From Massalongia carnosa (lineage: Eukaryota): DNA of 64,000 nucleotides. The stretch lies in NCBI GenBank assembly GCA_965645245.1, contig OZ287071.1, positions 1,426,001 through 1,490,000 on the forward strand, given 5' to 3'. Below are positions 24,956 to 38,052 of this stretch, one piece after another. The notes beneath the pieces are model-generated. The model was not told where the DNA came from and searched no databases. It saw only the letters and a program-made list of their open reading frames with translations. Numbering within the stretch: the first letter of the stretch is position 1; the number at the start of each line of letters is the position of its first letter. The position numbers and the translations under genes are program-made.

Positions 24956-27900
24956 CTAGCAAGCAAATTCGTAAAGTGCTGAGACTTGACGTGTCATCTA
25001 CTTGGAAGGAATGAAGGTCACTGTATCTTTCTCTGTACGGGGGACCTTTGATCTGTGTGGGGGTTACCAAGTGCCCGTACGCTGGACTTAGACTACACCG
25101 TCCTTCGTGGCCAGCAGGACGGAACAAGGTTTCTATCAAGTACGATGGTTTGGTACCTCGTGAGTTGTTCGCGAAAGTGATTCTCTTCCTACAGAGTCCT
25201 GTCTAGTGTGGTTGCAAAAGTCAAAGCCTGGTCGTGTCAAACCTCCCTCTTCTATCCTTGATCGTCATCGTTGTCGTCATTTTCACCAACCCAATCAGTT
25301 GACAAGATGAACTCCGAAGGAATCTTGCATTCTAGACTCTGCTCAGGTTGCAAGTTAGAAGGCATCGTCAGTCCCTGACTGCATCTCAGCTCAATAAACT
25401 GCAGAGCACGATTACATCAATTCTCATCGACTCATTAACTCATCCACCCCTCCTGCATGACTGCCCGCCACCCTTGGTGACAGGATTCGTGCTTCTCTCA
25501 TCAACACTCTGTAGAGGCACTGATGATCCGAAGATTACGCCCATGTCCATGCTTAAGAACATGTTTAGACAACATTTTGAATGACTATAGATGTTCTCCA
25601 ACATCCAACCAATTCATTTTCCGGACATGACCTTGCATTGCCTTGCGCATTTCAGACCTCCAATCATTTGATCTGTTTCATAACCGCTTACCTCTGTACA
25701 AACCTTGATTCTCGTTCTCTACTCCAATTTCGTCTCACGTCACAACAGGTTGCTGCATAAGCACGAGTACAGGTGTATCGTCTGGAATATGTAACACATT
25801 TTATGACAGCATATTGATGGCTCTTGCTCGAACTCATCCCATCCCGTTATCCTTTCATGCGCTATTTATTGCTGCAAGGCTACTTCATAACTTTATGGCA
25901 AAGCGAGGATCGGCCTACTGGGTCGGTTTCCTCGTGGAGCCTGTTCCCAAACCGAGAATGGTGTTGGGTTCACCCGTCATGTTGACCGACTCATGCAGCA
26001 CGTCTCATCCGCAGCTATGCATTTGTCCATGCACTGTGCAGTTCTCAGGTCGTTCCCAGAGTAGTATGCCCGGAGAGACTATAAATGCGACCCTGATCGA
26101 TACGATCGAATCGCTCCGGAACACTGGGTACATATTCTGTACAGGCAGGCAAATGGATATAACAAGAAGCATCAAGGAAGTAGCTTCAGCGGGCCTTGGC
26201 CAGCGTTCAAGCGAAGCTTGCCGAGCCGTACCTTTATCGTCTCTATAACCTTCTCATCTTTCCTTTCCGAGACATTTCCTTGCTGTTACACCTCTCATGA
26301 TACACTTCTTCCCCATGTCTCAAATCCCCTTTGCCTCAAACACTCCAAAAGGACTTTTGCTTGTCTCCCCTTACACTGCATTTCTTTCTAACGCAACGCT
26401 ACCAACCCGATGAAATTCAGTCATGGATTCCTCGTTTCCGGACCTCGGAACACTGGTCGGGTTTTTCAAGGATGGACAGCGGATTCTTCCATGCCATCAT
26501 AGTCCATCATCGCATCGGCTGGATGGCCAATAAAACTACACCAAGGACTTATAACTGAAATTATCCGCACCATCAACTAGTAACGTCCCTTAGCAACAAA
26601 GACTCCGACGAGCAATAATAAACTAAATCAATGTCACTCGCTCTCATCCGATGACACCTCATGTTCAAGACTGTTGGCTAAAACAATTCGTGTACAAGCC
26701 AAGGAGCCTTGATGGGGGGACCTTTCCGTATCCGTCCAAACCTCCATCTCCAGTTTCCCCTAATAACCCTTTCCTCCGTTTGCTCACCTTCCTTGCACCG
26801 TCGGCTCCCGTACCGCTACAGCAGCCTCCTTCCCGAACATTTATACATGTGAATCATCGAGATACCTGGAACCATTACGGAAACCTTTGGATTTTTTAAA
26901 AACCCCAAATTATACAGGTAGGTAGGCATATTGTTAGTTGCCCGTTCGTGGCTCATGAGTTCTGCCTCCCCGTTTCGCCGTCCTTTCATTTTGGGTTCCC
27001 TTTCCGTAGTATGGCCTTCACAATCCAACCCGCCGATCCGATTTCCCCGTCCAAAGACATCTCGATAGAAGAGAGAATCAGCAAACCAGTTAATCTCCGA
27101 CGGTCGGGCTTCCCTCCTGCTGGAGTTATCGTTTGGGCGGGAAGAATGATTATCATAGCCAAAGCCACGAAACAATAAGTATGCGAAGTAACGTTTCCAA
27201 CCAACCCAGCCAGACCACATACGCACACGTACACATTTCCATAAACATGCAAGTCTAATCAATCTCGCCCCCCAAAGTTTCTACCTAAGGTGGGACTTGG
27301 AAAGTCCACCAACAACACAAAAGATCGCCACACAGCGAATCCCCAAAGCTTGGCCAATATCTGCGCAACATCTCAATTACCCAGCTAATTGGTCCTTCTT
27401 TTCACGTTCGGTCTTCTTTGAATTTAATTTTTGTTATATATTTTGTTTTTAGCATTCGCCCCTGGAATAAATTGGCTACTATTTAGGTGGCCTAATGGGT
27501 CAGAAACTTCCTCGGAGGTGGCAAACATTTGATCATCACCAATGCGGAAGCCCACCTTCGTGGCCATTCGAATGATCAACGTCTCTACTGATCATTCATC
27601 ACCTCGAAGACATACATACAAAAATCCATTCCTTTCTGAGCGGCCACACCCTTCGGAAGCTTTTCACCTCATTCCAAGTTCTATTTACAAAACATCACGA
27701 TCTGCCCTCGATCACGACCCGTCTTTTCTCCATTGAATCAATACGTTGAAAAAGAGAAAACGTTCGTCGAACGTGTGGAGATACACCGTCTATTTCATCG
27801 AGTCTACAGCACTCCTAGCGATTGAAGACCTGGTGTATGCGCCGCGTAGTAGAAGAACATTTTCGAAGGTATAAATATGACATTAGGGAGTGGTTTTACC

Positions 27901-28849
27901 ATGGGGGCCAGGTTTCCGCTTCCTGACTGTTGTTTATGTACATAAGTAGCAGTCATAGCGTCATATCCTTGGAACGCATACACTTAACGAATCCATTTAG
28001 AAAATACTGTTTGATGTTGGAACTAGAATTTTTTGATACAGCCTCGAGGGGGGTTAGCCAGCATCGCCGCCTTTGCGCAGGCGTTCGTCAGCCTCCACCT
28101 GCCCACCGCTCATGCTGTTCACTGTCCGCTCAGTTGTCTTCGCTCTCTTGCTCCGATGAACCAATTATATAAATCGCAAACTATCTATCCTGTTATGTCT
28201 TTTTCACTGGTTTTAAACGGTAGTGCATGGGTGCCTAGTTTTAGGACCTAGGGGCGCCGAAACAGGAACACCAAATATGCCGACCATAACAGTGCTATTG
28301 GCGATATTGAGGTTTCTAATGTTTCCGGCGTTGTGGTTGAGTTTCAAGGGTTTGTTGGCGATGTTGCCGGGTGTCGCGACGTATGGTGTTCTTGTTGGCT
28401 TGTGCTGGATGTGTGGTGTGCTGGGCGCCGGTTTTGGTGGGTGGAGACTAGGAGGTTTTGGCCGACGAGGTGGCTTCTGGAGATGGATAGGGAGGGAGAG
28501 CAAGAGGGAAGTAAGGAATTAGGAGGCAGCTGTGCTGGTATACCAGCGTGACGATGAGGATGAGGTGGACGAGGGATGGCGTGCGAATGAGGACTGGTCT
28601 ATGGGCGGAGCCTTGGAAAACTTGGTCACGCCTGTTAGATGTTGAGACTGCTGCGGGTAATAAGGCAGAGAAAAAGCATAAGAAGAAAGTTTGGAAAGGT
28701 ATGAAGCAGTAGAGTATATAGGGAAATAAGTCGCATTAGAGTATAACAAAAGCTTCCTCCTTGTCCTCATGCGTATGCAAGCCGACCCTTTTTCTCAAAG
28801 ACTCATCAGTGCTTGGCTCACTCATCGATGCAGACAGATTTCTTCTTCA

Positions 28850-30525
28850 GACACCATAACGACAGATGCAAGTTTGGCGGTATCGCTGAGACCGCCTAAT
28901 AGTTGAGCCTCGATTGCTTCCTCATCATTGCTCATACCTATGTCGTTGGCGCCGCGGTCAGAACATATCTGTTCCCACCAGATCTTAAACGTGAGGTTAG
29001 CGCCCGGAGGGGCCCGGAGGGATCGACGAAGTCAGTCCCCTTCTTCAGCTTGATTTCGCGATATTGCACACCGTATATCTTTTCGTCCAGCACACTGCCA
29101 ACGCTCTTTCACGCTCGCTGGACTGAACAGGCTGCTTTGGCGGCAGGGTCCAGCGGAGTAGGCAGAGAGGCATGCCTGAGACAGCGAGGAGTGGAGCCTC
29201 CACCCCGGCACCAGCGCCGAAGCTTCCATGACTCGTCGAACTTCCGTACCGAACCTGAAGCCAAAAAAAGACGACCCTTTTCAGTGGTAGGTCTCTTCTT
29301 AAAGCCGGCAAACAATCACAAACTTCAAGGACGAATAGACCAAATAATAGTAACTGCAAAAATTCAAGTTTCGGCCAGCTAGCAGCGCTTTGCAACAACA
29401 AGAATCCCGACCCCCCCCCATTCCTTGAATCTTCATTTGGAGCATGAATCCAAGTTGGGGATTCTCAAACAGCACCAGCCTCACTCGTCTCTGCCCCCAA
29501 TACACACACACACACACATGGCGTAGGTTCAGCGTACTGGAAAGCGGGGAAGAAACCACAGGATCGAGAACAACTTACGCAGAAACCACAAAACACAGCG
29601 GCGCCATTGGTCGAGTGGGACTCACAGGCGCAGTCCGAATTTGGGATTCCCATCTTCCATGTTAAGGCGTCCCTCTTTTGTCTCTCCTCTCCAGTCCTCC
29701 CCAGGCTCTCCTTTTACCCTTTATCGTTCGTTTTGAATCATCTTGACTTGCTAGATGCTGCTGTCCGTGTTCCTGCTGAATCCTTCTGTCACTGCTTGCC
29801 ATGCATCCTGTTATGTAGTCATCAAAGGAGCCAGCGGGTCAGTGGTTTATCGCTGGTTGTCGTTCCCACACGACCGCTATCTAGAGTAACGCTAAGAATG
29901 TCGCTGATGGCTTGAGGTATTATTCCGAAGGAGTCGGCTGAGCTCAGGGGCAGCAGGCTATGGCGCGGGGAAGGCCAAAAGGGGGGGATATCATGTGTCC
30001 GATGGGGGTAAACTGCATCATCCTAAGGGGATAATATATATAATATCTACCGATCGATCCCACACCTCCAAGAATACTAACCCAAAAACGCAACCTCCTT
30101 CCCCCCGACGGAAAAAAGCCACACGTTAAAAACACCAGCCTACCCAATCCATTCGGCGCCGCGAGGATAGAAAGGTATGGATGCTCGCGCCCCTGGTTAT
30201 GCCCAGCTCACCACGCCCAAAGATTTGGCCGAGAGGAGCAAAAGTGGATGCAAATCCCTCTTCCCTCACTAAAACCGGACTAGAGGGAAGAACGTAGGGA
30301 GAGCAGTCTCTCCAGCTTGTTGGGGAAAGAGCTACCTAGGGGAAATAGCTCCGCCTCATTCATACGGTATTAAAGATAATCGATCCCATTCGCTGTGCAT
30401 TTTGCTTTTGCGAGACCATTCCAGACCCATAATGTCTAACTCGGCGCCCGCACAGCGCCGGTAAGGTAGAGCTCCGACATACTAGATGACGTGAACGCCG
30501 AGTTTGCTCATCTCGGCATCTGTCA
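28850..30525 (+). ncRNA. Candidate structured long non-coding RNA of unknown class (boundaries approximate)
   Basis: No credible CDS. There are many nested 6-15 bp helices, and several need G-U pairs that form only on the + strand (see findings). Confidence 0.35.
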
Positions 30526-30661
30526 ATTTACTGGCCTGTCCTTCCCCCCCATAACCCCGAAAATGCCTCTTAACCTTAGACCCCCCCTCCCACCCCCCCC
30601 CAAATTATTACATATCCGTAGTCCTGTTTATTGGTACCGTTTCAAGCCCCCGCCATCAACA

Positions 30662-33619
30662 TCAGACCATTACCCCCGCGTCCACCCCGCCCGCTACCCC
30701 CGGGGCTCCACCCTCCAAATCCACCGCCTCCACGGCCCCCCTGCCCTGGGCGCTCTCCCGGACCAAGTTGCCGAAGTACCTTCTGGCAACCTCGCTCTCG
30801 CTCCTGACTTTAAGCGTATCCTCGCGCGTTCGAGTCAGCTGCTCGACGCTGGCTTGCAGGCCTGCACGGAGCGTGGCCGCGGGGAACTGCAAAACCTTGC
30901 GAGCTTCTTGGGAGATGCGCACGCTGTTGGCGTGGGTGTAGTCAAGGGTGGAGAGCGTGTGGGCAATGCGGCGGGAGAGGCGAGGGGGGAGCGACGTTGG
31001 GATAGAGGAGAGGAGATAGGTTGTCGTCAAGAGGACTGTTTCGAGAAAAGGTGATCAGTAGCTCGTTCTTGGAAATTGACAGAGGGAAAAAGTGAAAGGA
31101 GAGAGGAATTCTTAAGCATTTGAGGAAGCGGAGTAGAAGGGAGAGGGATACGCACCCGTAGCTAAAATTCCCGGTAGGATTAGGCGTCGTAGATTCTGGG
31201 TTCCCAAAACCCTAGCGGCCCCCATCGCTCCGTCAATCCAACCCATACCGCCCATCATGCGCCCACCTACCACTCCCACAACCGTCATCGCCATGCCCGT
31301 GCCCGCAACCTTTTCCTGTCTCTCCCACAGCCCGCCCACATCGAAAAAGTCCCAGAACTCAATTTCCGTGTCCACCTGCCGAGCCAATGCATCCCTCTTG
31401 CGCTGAAACATCTTGTCGGACCGGAACTCGAGGTCAGCATAACTGTCTCCCAAATGCAGGATGCCGAGCGATTTGATGGTGTTGACACCAGACACTGTTT
31501 GTGAGCGAGCACAGGCTTCACAATCGCTGACGGCAGCGGAGATTTGATCTAGCATGGCGGCTTTGATATCTTCGGCGTATTGATAAGCATTGAGAAGGCC
31601 TGGGTAGGGCACGCCAAGATCCGCCTCTGCGACATGAGAAATGGCGGTGGTGAGACTGGTGCGAGTTTGAGAGTAAATGTCCGTGCAGGTATTGTCAATA
31701 GTCTTGTCTACGCCATCGCTCACTTCCGACCGGGCTTTCTTAGATTGCTCGTAAACGGATTCGAGATCTTCGAGTTCTTTGGTGACGCGGTCGAGTTCGG
31801 ATTGGGCTATATCCCGATTGACCGATGCTAAGACATTGAGGTCTGATAGAATATTCAGGAGGTAAGTTTTAGCAGGGGCCAGCTTGGAACGGGCACGTTT
31901 TTCAAGCACAAACCGCCGGAGAGCACTCTCTAACTGTTCAAAGTCTTGAAGATTCTCCTTATCTTTGCCTTTGCCCTTACCGGGTGGAGATCCAGGTTCA
32001 CCATGCTTACCAAAGTTCTCCTCGTCTTCTGTCGGTTGGCTGTCGTCTGATGGGTACGGGCTACCACCACCTCCATCACCGCCGCCAGATCCAGATGGTA
32101 TTGCGGGAGCAACAGGGATTGAGTTGCTGGAAACGAAGTGAACGAGTTCCGATGACTCCTTAAAGGTTCGAGGACTTAGCGAGGCAACTTGCTCTAAAAT
32201 CATTCGTTGACATCGGTCCTTGTCCCTGATGTTATCGAACCCGTTGACCACAATGAAAATATACGCTTTCTCTTGCGCGGCATTCCAGATGAATTCCTTT
32301 GCGGAGAGGGTGAAATGATTTGCAGCAGAAACGACAAAAACGACCACATCGATCTCCTCTTGCCTTGCGAACACGGCTGTAGTCTTCAGGGAGTCGGAGT
32401 TGAGACCCGGAGCATCGATGATAGATATATCCACCACTCCATTGTTTAGTAGAGATTGGTCAATGGTTCGAATATCGTTGATGTAGACTTTGCATTGAGT
32501 GTACTGCTTGTTATCTGTGACAATCTTTTCAAGCTCATAGAGAGGGTAAACGTCATAGGTGCTTTCGTCGTTTCGATTGTAAGATGATTCCTTGTGAACT
32601 GCATGTGCCTCCTCTACACCTCCATTCTCTCTGGCATCCAATACTTCGCAGAAAATACTCGTGCACGGCTGTTGATCTTCCGGTAGAACCTTTCGTCTTA
32701 GCAAAGCGTTGCAGAACGTGGATTTTCCAGCATTCAAGTCCCCCGTGATGAGCACCTTGCTCGAGGTGTCCTCTATACGGTCCCGTAGCAATAACAGATG
32801 CCGGATGCTCTGATTTATCTTCCCATCTAGTAGCGATGCTATTGACTTTTTTTCCATCGAATGAACAATGTCCGTTTGAGTTAATCCTTGAACCTTTAGT
32901 TCCAGCTTCAGGATCGAGAATTTTTGCTCCGCTTGAGGCGTGATGAGCCTTTCTGGCTCCTGAGGCTTCCTAAATTCGGCCGCAGTACTGGATTCAGCCG
33001 TAGATTCTTCGCCCAGTGAAGTTGCAGCCCGGCGCGGGCCCGGTCGCGATGGGGCATTGTCGAAGTGATTGTGTAAATCTTCAGCAACGGCCGTCGACTG
33101 TGCGTGTAAGAACCCAGGCCTCGAATCGGGTCTCTGAGCTGAAAATTCCCGTGAGTTGACGGCTGGATATTGTGCAGGCCAAGTTGAGTTCATCTGTTGC
33201 AAACCCTTGAGCGTTTCCACAGCCCGGGTGATTGCTCGGCCCAACGCGACTCGGCTTTGATTGTAATATAGCTGATGAATATGGCCTGCGAACACCCTCC
33301 TCTCATTCTCGGCCGTGGTATTATATCCGCCGGAGAGGGTATGGGAATGGCTGGGAGTAAGTCGGTCCTCCGTCACGCCGGGATGCCACCCGCGGACTCC
33401 TTCGTTGATGTAGCTATCGCCGGAGACGCTGGTACCATAGCCAGAGTCATTGTCTAGATTGGCCATCAAGGCCGCAGCGCTAGCTGGAGTCGAGCCTGAT
33501 CCGACAGTCATGTAATGGGGTTTTCTGCTGGGAGGACTTGTGGCGGACCTTGTAGACAAAGGGCGAGGAGAGGAATTTTTGTTGGTGATGCCATCACCGG
33601 GATGATACTCCTGGCTCAT
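30662..33619 (-). CDS. FZO1: Mitofusin, transmembrane GTPase Fzo1
   Basis: SKVLITGDLNAGKSTFCNALL, PEDQQPCT, IIDAPGLN, FIVVNGFD, ALRRFVLEKRARSKLAPAKTYL, and a hydrophobic segment near the C-terminus. One intron at about 31036-31155. Confidence 0.95.
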
Positions 33620-33873
33620 AGCTGTTGAGAAAAGATATCGGTCCAGAGGTTTACGAGGAGTGGTTTAGCTCGATTGAACTGGGTTAGGAATTGAGATCGC
33701 GAGATGGGAATTTGTCTTTAGGATTCCCAATTCTTGACGCATTTGGTTTCACTAGCGCGTACGCCTCTCCCGGAACTATACCATTCCAGGCACCTGCGTC
33801 GGGGCATTTTCATGTGGAGTTTCTATCAATTGTAACCAACATCGGCTATATTAACAAAACTACAGCATAAAAA

Positions 33874-34801
33874 ATGAATGTGAGCGTTCCCCATTAACCT
33901 GCATTTTTCAGGAGTCTGAAATTGCACTAGATCGTGGAATGGGCCTTTGGCAAGCGCATGACACCCCAAGAACGCCTTCGCAAACACCAACGGGCTCTTC
34001 AAAAAACCGAGCGTGAACTCGAGCGCGAGGGGGTGAAACTTGAGAACCAGGAGAAGAAGCTCATCCAGGATATCAAGAAAAGCGCCAAAAATGGGCAAAT
34101 GGGGGCATGCAAGATCCAAGCCAAAGACCTGGTTCGAACGAGGAGGTTCGCTCCCCCTCCATTCAATCTGCTAACACCACGTCCGCCCAACTGTTCAGGG
34201 CATCTTTGGCTAAGTAATGGGCACCCTTTCGTTGGCTCGGACCTAGATATATCCAAAAATTCGACAACATGCGCGCCCAGCTCAAAGCCATCAGCCTTCG
34301 CATCCAGACCGTTCGGTCCAACGAGCAGATGATGCAGTCCATGAAAGGCGCCACGTTGCTGCTCGGCAGGATGAATCGTCAGATGAACCTGCCCGCCTTG
34401 CAGCGTATCGCCATGGAGTTTGAGAAGGAAAACGACATTATGGACCAGCGGCAAGAGATGATGGACGACGCCATCGATGACGTGACGGGCCTGGAGGATG
34501 AAGAAGAGGGCGACGAGGTTGTGAGCAGGGTATTGGATGAGATTGGCGTCGACTTGGGTCAGGCGGTAAGTCGTTGGTCTGTTGGGGTTTGGGCGCTCTT
34601 GGGGCCCCCCCAGCACCGGATCCGGGCGAAGTTTCGAGCTGATCCGGTGTCTTCTAGATGGGCGAGACACCCTCCGGACTACAAAAAAATACCGTTCCTG
34701 AAGGCCGGGTTGCAGAAGCCATAGGCAGTGGGGGGGGAGGGGGAGGGGGAACAAATGATGATGATGATTTACAAGCTCGTCTTGATAGTCTGCGAAGATA
34801 G
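33874..34801 (+). CDS. VPS2: ESCRT-III subunit Vps2/Did4 (CHMP2A)
   Basis: MN|IVEWAFGKRMTPQERLRKHQRAL, KIQAKDLVRTRR, LRIQTVRSNEQMMQSMKGAT, and C-terminal MIM DDLQARLDSLRR*. Three introns. Confidence 0.95.
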
Positions 34802-35241
34802 AATACTGACGATGGCAATGGCGTTGGAGGTGTTCAAGGTTCTATGATTTACAATATGTTACTTTCTGCATGGAGCATTTTTTCACGGGGTTTTTGAAGA
34901 AGACGCTATTCCCGCGTGATTTCACGAACCGTTGAGATATATAGAACGTGTAGCGTTTTAAGAAACGATCTGGTGGAGCGAGTCCTACATGCATCATACA
35001 TACATTACCAAGATGTAGGCCAAGACTTTGTCTCACAGGGCGGAATTTTGATCTTTTCAGGCAAGATAGCAGCAAAATACTGTCGGAACGAAATTAGTCC
35101 CCAAGTGGAGAAGCGGGGGTCCTGATCGAAGTCGAGGACAACTCGGCTATGCTCATGAATATGCAGTGCAGCTCCCATCATCACCTGTACCCAAATGACA
35201 ATCCCATCCTCTGTCCAACACCGCGCTCAAATACACATCAA

Positions 35242-38052
35242 TCATGATTTCCCCAATGCCTGCCTTGTCCTTTTTGACACTGCCTGTATCCCCTTCCCTG
35301 CTACATCTTTCACCACTCCAATGTCGGTGGTTCTCCTATCTGCACTATCCGCATTCCCAATCTCAATCCCCGTGGCCCCCCCCATTTTTTTGACAACCCT
35401 TTCCCTCCACGCCTGCACGTCCGGATCCTCGTACCCTAGCTGCGTCATCATCAGATGATTATCTTCCGCTTGCCCCCCCCCATCTAGTTTCTCATAGCTA
35501 CGCAGCGTAGCGAAAGCGTCGGTAGTTTCGTTCTTAGCGGCAGAATTATAGGACTCCAGAGGAGTGCCCAAGCCATCCGTGTTCATGGTGTCGACTGAAC
35601 TGGCACGGGAGATGCTAATGCTTCCGTTGCTGTGCATGGATATATTCGAAGGCGCGCGGCCGAATAAGTGACGTCGGCGACGACCATACGTGGGCACAGG
35701 CTTTACCGGACTGTTCGTAGGGGGTCGCTGGTGGTGAGCGAGGAGGGAGGAGATTGCCGGGCCCAAAGAATCTTCTTCCTTATATTTAGGCAGGGGGACC
35801 GGCTTTGGGGGTGGAGGTGAAGGCACTTTGCCTGGAGATGGGGGTTTCAAGGATGGATTGCTCGAGATTTCTTGGAGAGGTGCAGCTTCTTGTAATGTAA
35901 GTTGGAGGTTATTGTCGGGTTTTCCACTAGCGGACTTTGAAAGTTCATCCGATTGAGGGTGGATAACGGTTTCGCCATGTTGCTTCGTCAGGACTCCTTC
36001 CACCAGAGAGGAATTTTTAGCTACAGCCAATCCGGCTTTAACGGATGAATTTAAAAAGTCCTCCTTCGTTTCAAGCTTTTGTCCAGTTAAGCAGGCTTTT
36101 GGGGGTTTACTACTTAGTATTAGTGGCTTTTTAACATTGTTTATCTTCCTGTCATTGCTCAACGGTTTTTCTAGCCTGAACGGATCCTCTTCAATTAACT
36201 CATGGGAAAAAGCTTGAACTAGATATTGATCGAAGGCTTTAAGCTTTGCTTCACGAATGCAGTCCCATAGCCAGTCAGCAGTCACAGCAGGAACGTTCCA
36301 TCGATTCGCATGACTGAGCTTTTCGGAATTTGGACTTCTGGTGTTGCAAACGAGCACCGAAGTATTCGAGGTGAAAAACTCGCTATAGGCAGCACCTACA
36401 CCTATTAGCTAAAGCTATATTATGACAGCAGATCACTTACCCATGAGTTTTGCAGATTTAGACATGTGTAAAAGATCTACCCCTTGAAAAGCGGTTGAAC
36501 TGATTATAAGTTGCTCAAATCCTACGGTTGTTAGCAACGCCCCCTTTAGCCTGCAGGAGCCATACCAGCAATAGGAAAACATCGAAAGGGGGTATTGGTC
36601 AGGTTGGCCTGTGGCTGAACGAGCTTTTGACAATGCAAACATCGCTCAATCCACATGTCTGTAACAATGACGGTATGTTTTGTTCTCTGAGACACCGCGG
36701 GAATGTCGTGCATTTTAATCGTATGAGGTACAATAACATATCCGCTTTCTGCAACTTTAGCTACAGACGTTACAGATAGCTCTCCAATATCGTTGAGAAT
36801 TTCAGCTTGATGAGAGCGCAAGTGATCCCGCAGAATCAAATTCTAGTAAGACTGTCAGATATAGTTGGATTCTGGCGATCTCGACACTAACATACCTGCC
36901 TTTCTTTGAAGCCATGGAGAAAGAATCTTTGGCCCTGAAACAGTCCTTCCATCCGCCCAACCCTTGCTGTATCCAACACCTCGACCGCCTGTGGCTTGAT
37001 TTGGTTCGAATCTGTCGGGTTCATGAATTCTCGCACACCTAAAACTTCGCTGTCAGGCTCTGCCTTCGGAGTCTTCAGCATCCCACCATGCCCATCGTCT
37101 CTCTCTTTATCATCCCATTCAGCCACCCGCTTCTCCTCAACCTCGCTTCCTCCGCTTACAATATCCGTCCAAAGCCCAACATTCTGGCTGTTTAGCTTTG
37201 CGCTTGCCGTTCTCCTTAATTTCCTGGAACGCTTCGGGGCAGCCACTTCATCATGCGCTCGTTTGCCTAAAGAGGTAATTGAAGCCGTCTTGCGAATCCA
37301 TGCGTTCTGGCCTCGCTCTGCTTCTGGGAGCAATAGATTGTACAACTTCTCATCTAGAATCATGCCTCTCTCCAAACTTTGCATCAGCCACTCCACCGAA
37401 ACAATCTTGCTCCCCCATTCTCCCGCATACGTATACTTTGTGCCGGAAGGTACCCTTGCAACAAGATGAGTGACATCTTTAGTAAGATTACCTCGGTACT
37501 CGCCTCCGTTGCCATTAATTAATTCTTCGAGATCTTTGCGGTATGCCACTTTCTTCACGGTTAGCCTTTACAAGTATCCCATCCATCGATACACGTACAA
37601 TCTTCGAACCCAGTGACACAAATCCGAAGACCTTGAAACGTCGGCAACCTATGTTCGTCTTCCAACTGATCAACGTTCGTCGCACCCCCGGTCACCCATG
37701 AGTCTCGCACCGCATCGATCCAGGTAGGTAAAAGGCATTTCACATCCGGTCGTTCCTTTGCAACAAACCTGTATTTCGGGGTATCGGTCTCCCCAACAAT
37801 CAAGTGAGTCACGTCAGAGGTCAGGTCGAATTTATGGATACCTCCCATCTGAGTAGCAGTCTCCGCAAGCTCCATCTGTTTATTTCCACCACCTTGGTCA
37901 GCATCGAGATCGAAAGGACGGAGAGCCCGAGGGCCTGAATAATGATCACGCACACGCTTCTCGGGTGCAATGGAAGTACAGCACAAGATGACCCCCAGGA
38001 GGGGCATTTGGGCACGATCTGTAAAATGGTTGGTTTCATACACTCCTGCCAT
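35242..38052 (-). CDS. DPB11: Multi-BRCT replication/checkpoint scaffold Dpb11/Rad4(Cut5)/TopBP1
   Basis: Four BRCT repeats: PLLGVILCCTSI..MGGIHKFDLTSDVTHLIVG..W, FQGLRICVTGF..NGGEYRGNLTKDVTHLVA..VEWL, VVTDMWIERCL-like, and ISSTAFQG..WNVPAVTADWLWDC. Start uncertain. Confidence 0.85.

Noticed and set aside
30491..31054. 187-aa + strand ORF
   Set aside because: Antisense to the GC-rich last exon of FZO1.
33999..34754. 251-aa minus strand ORF
   Set aside because: Antisense to VPS2.
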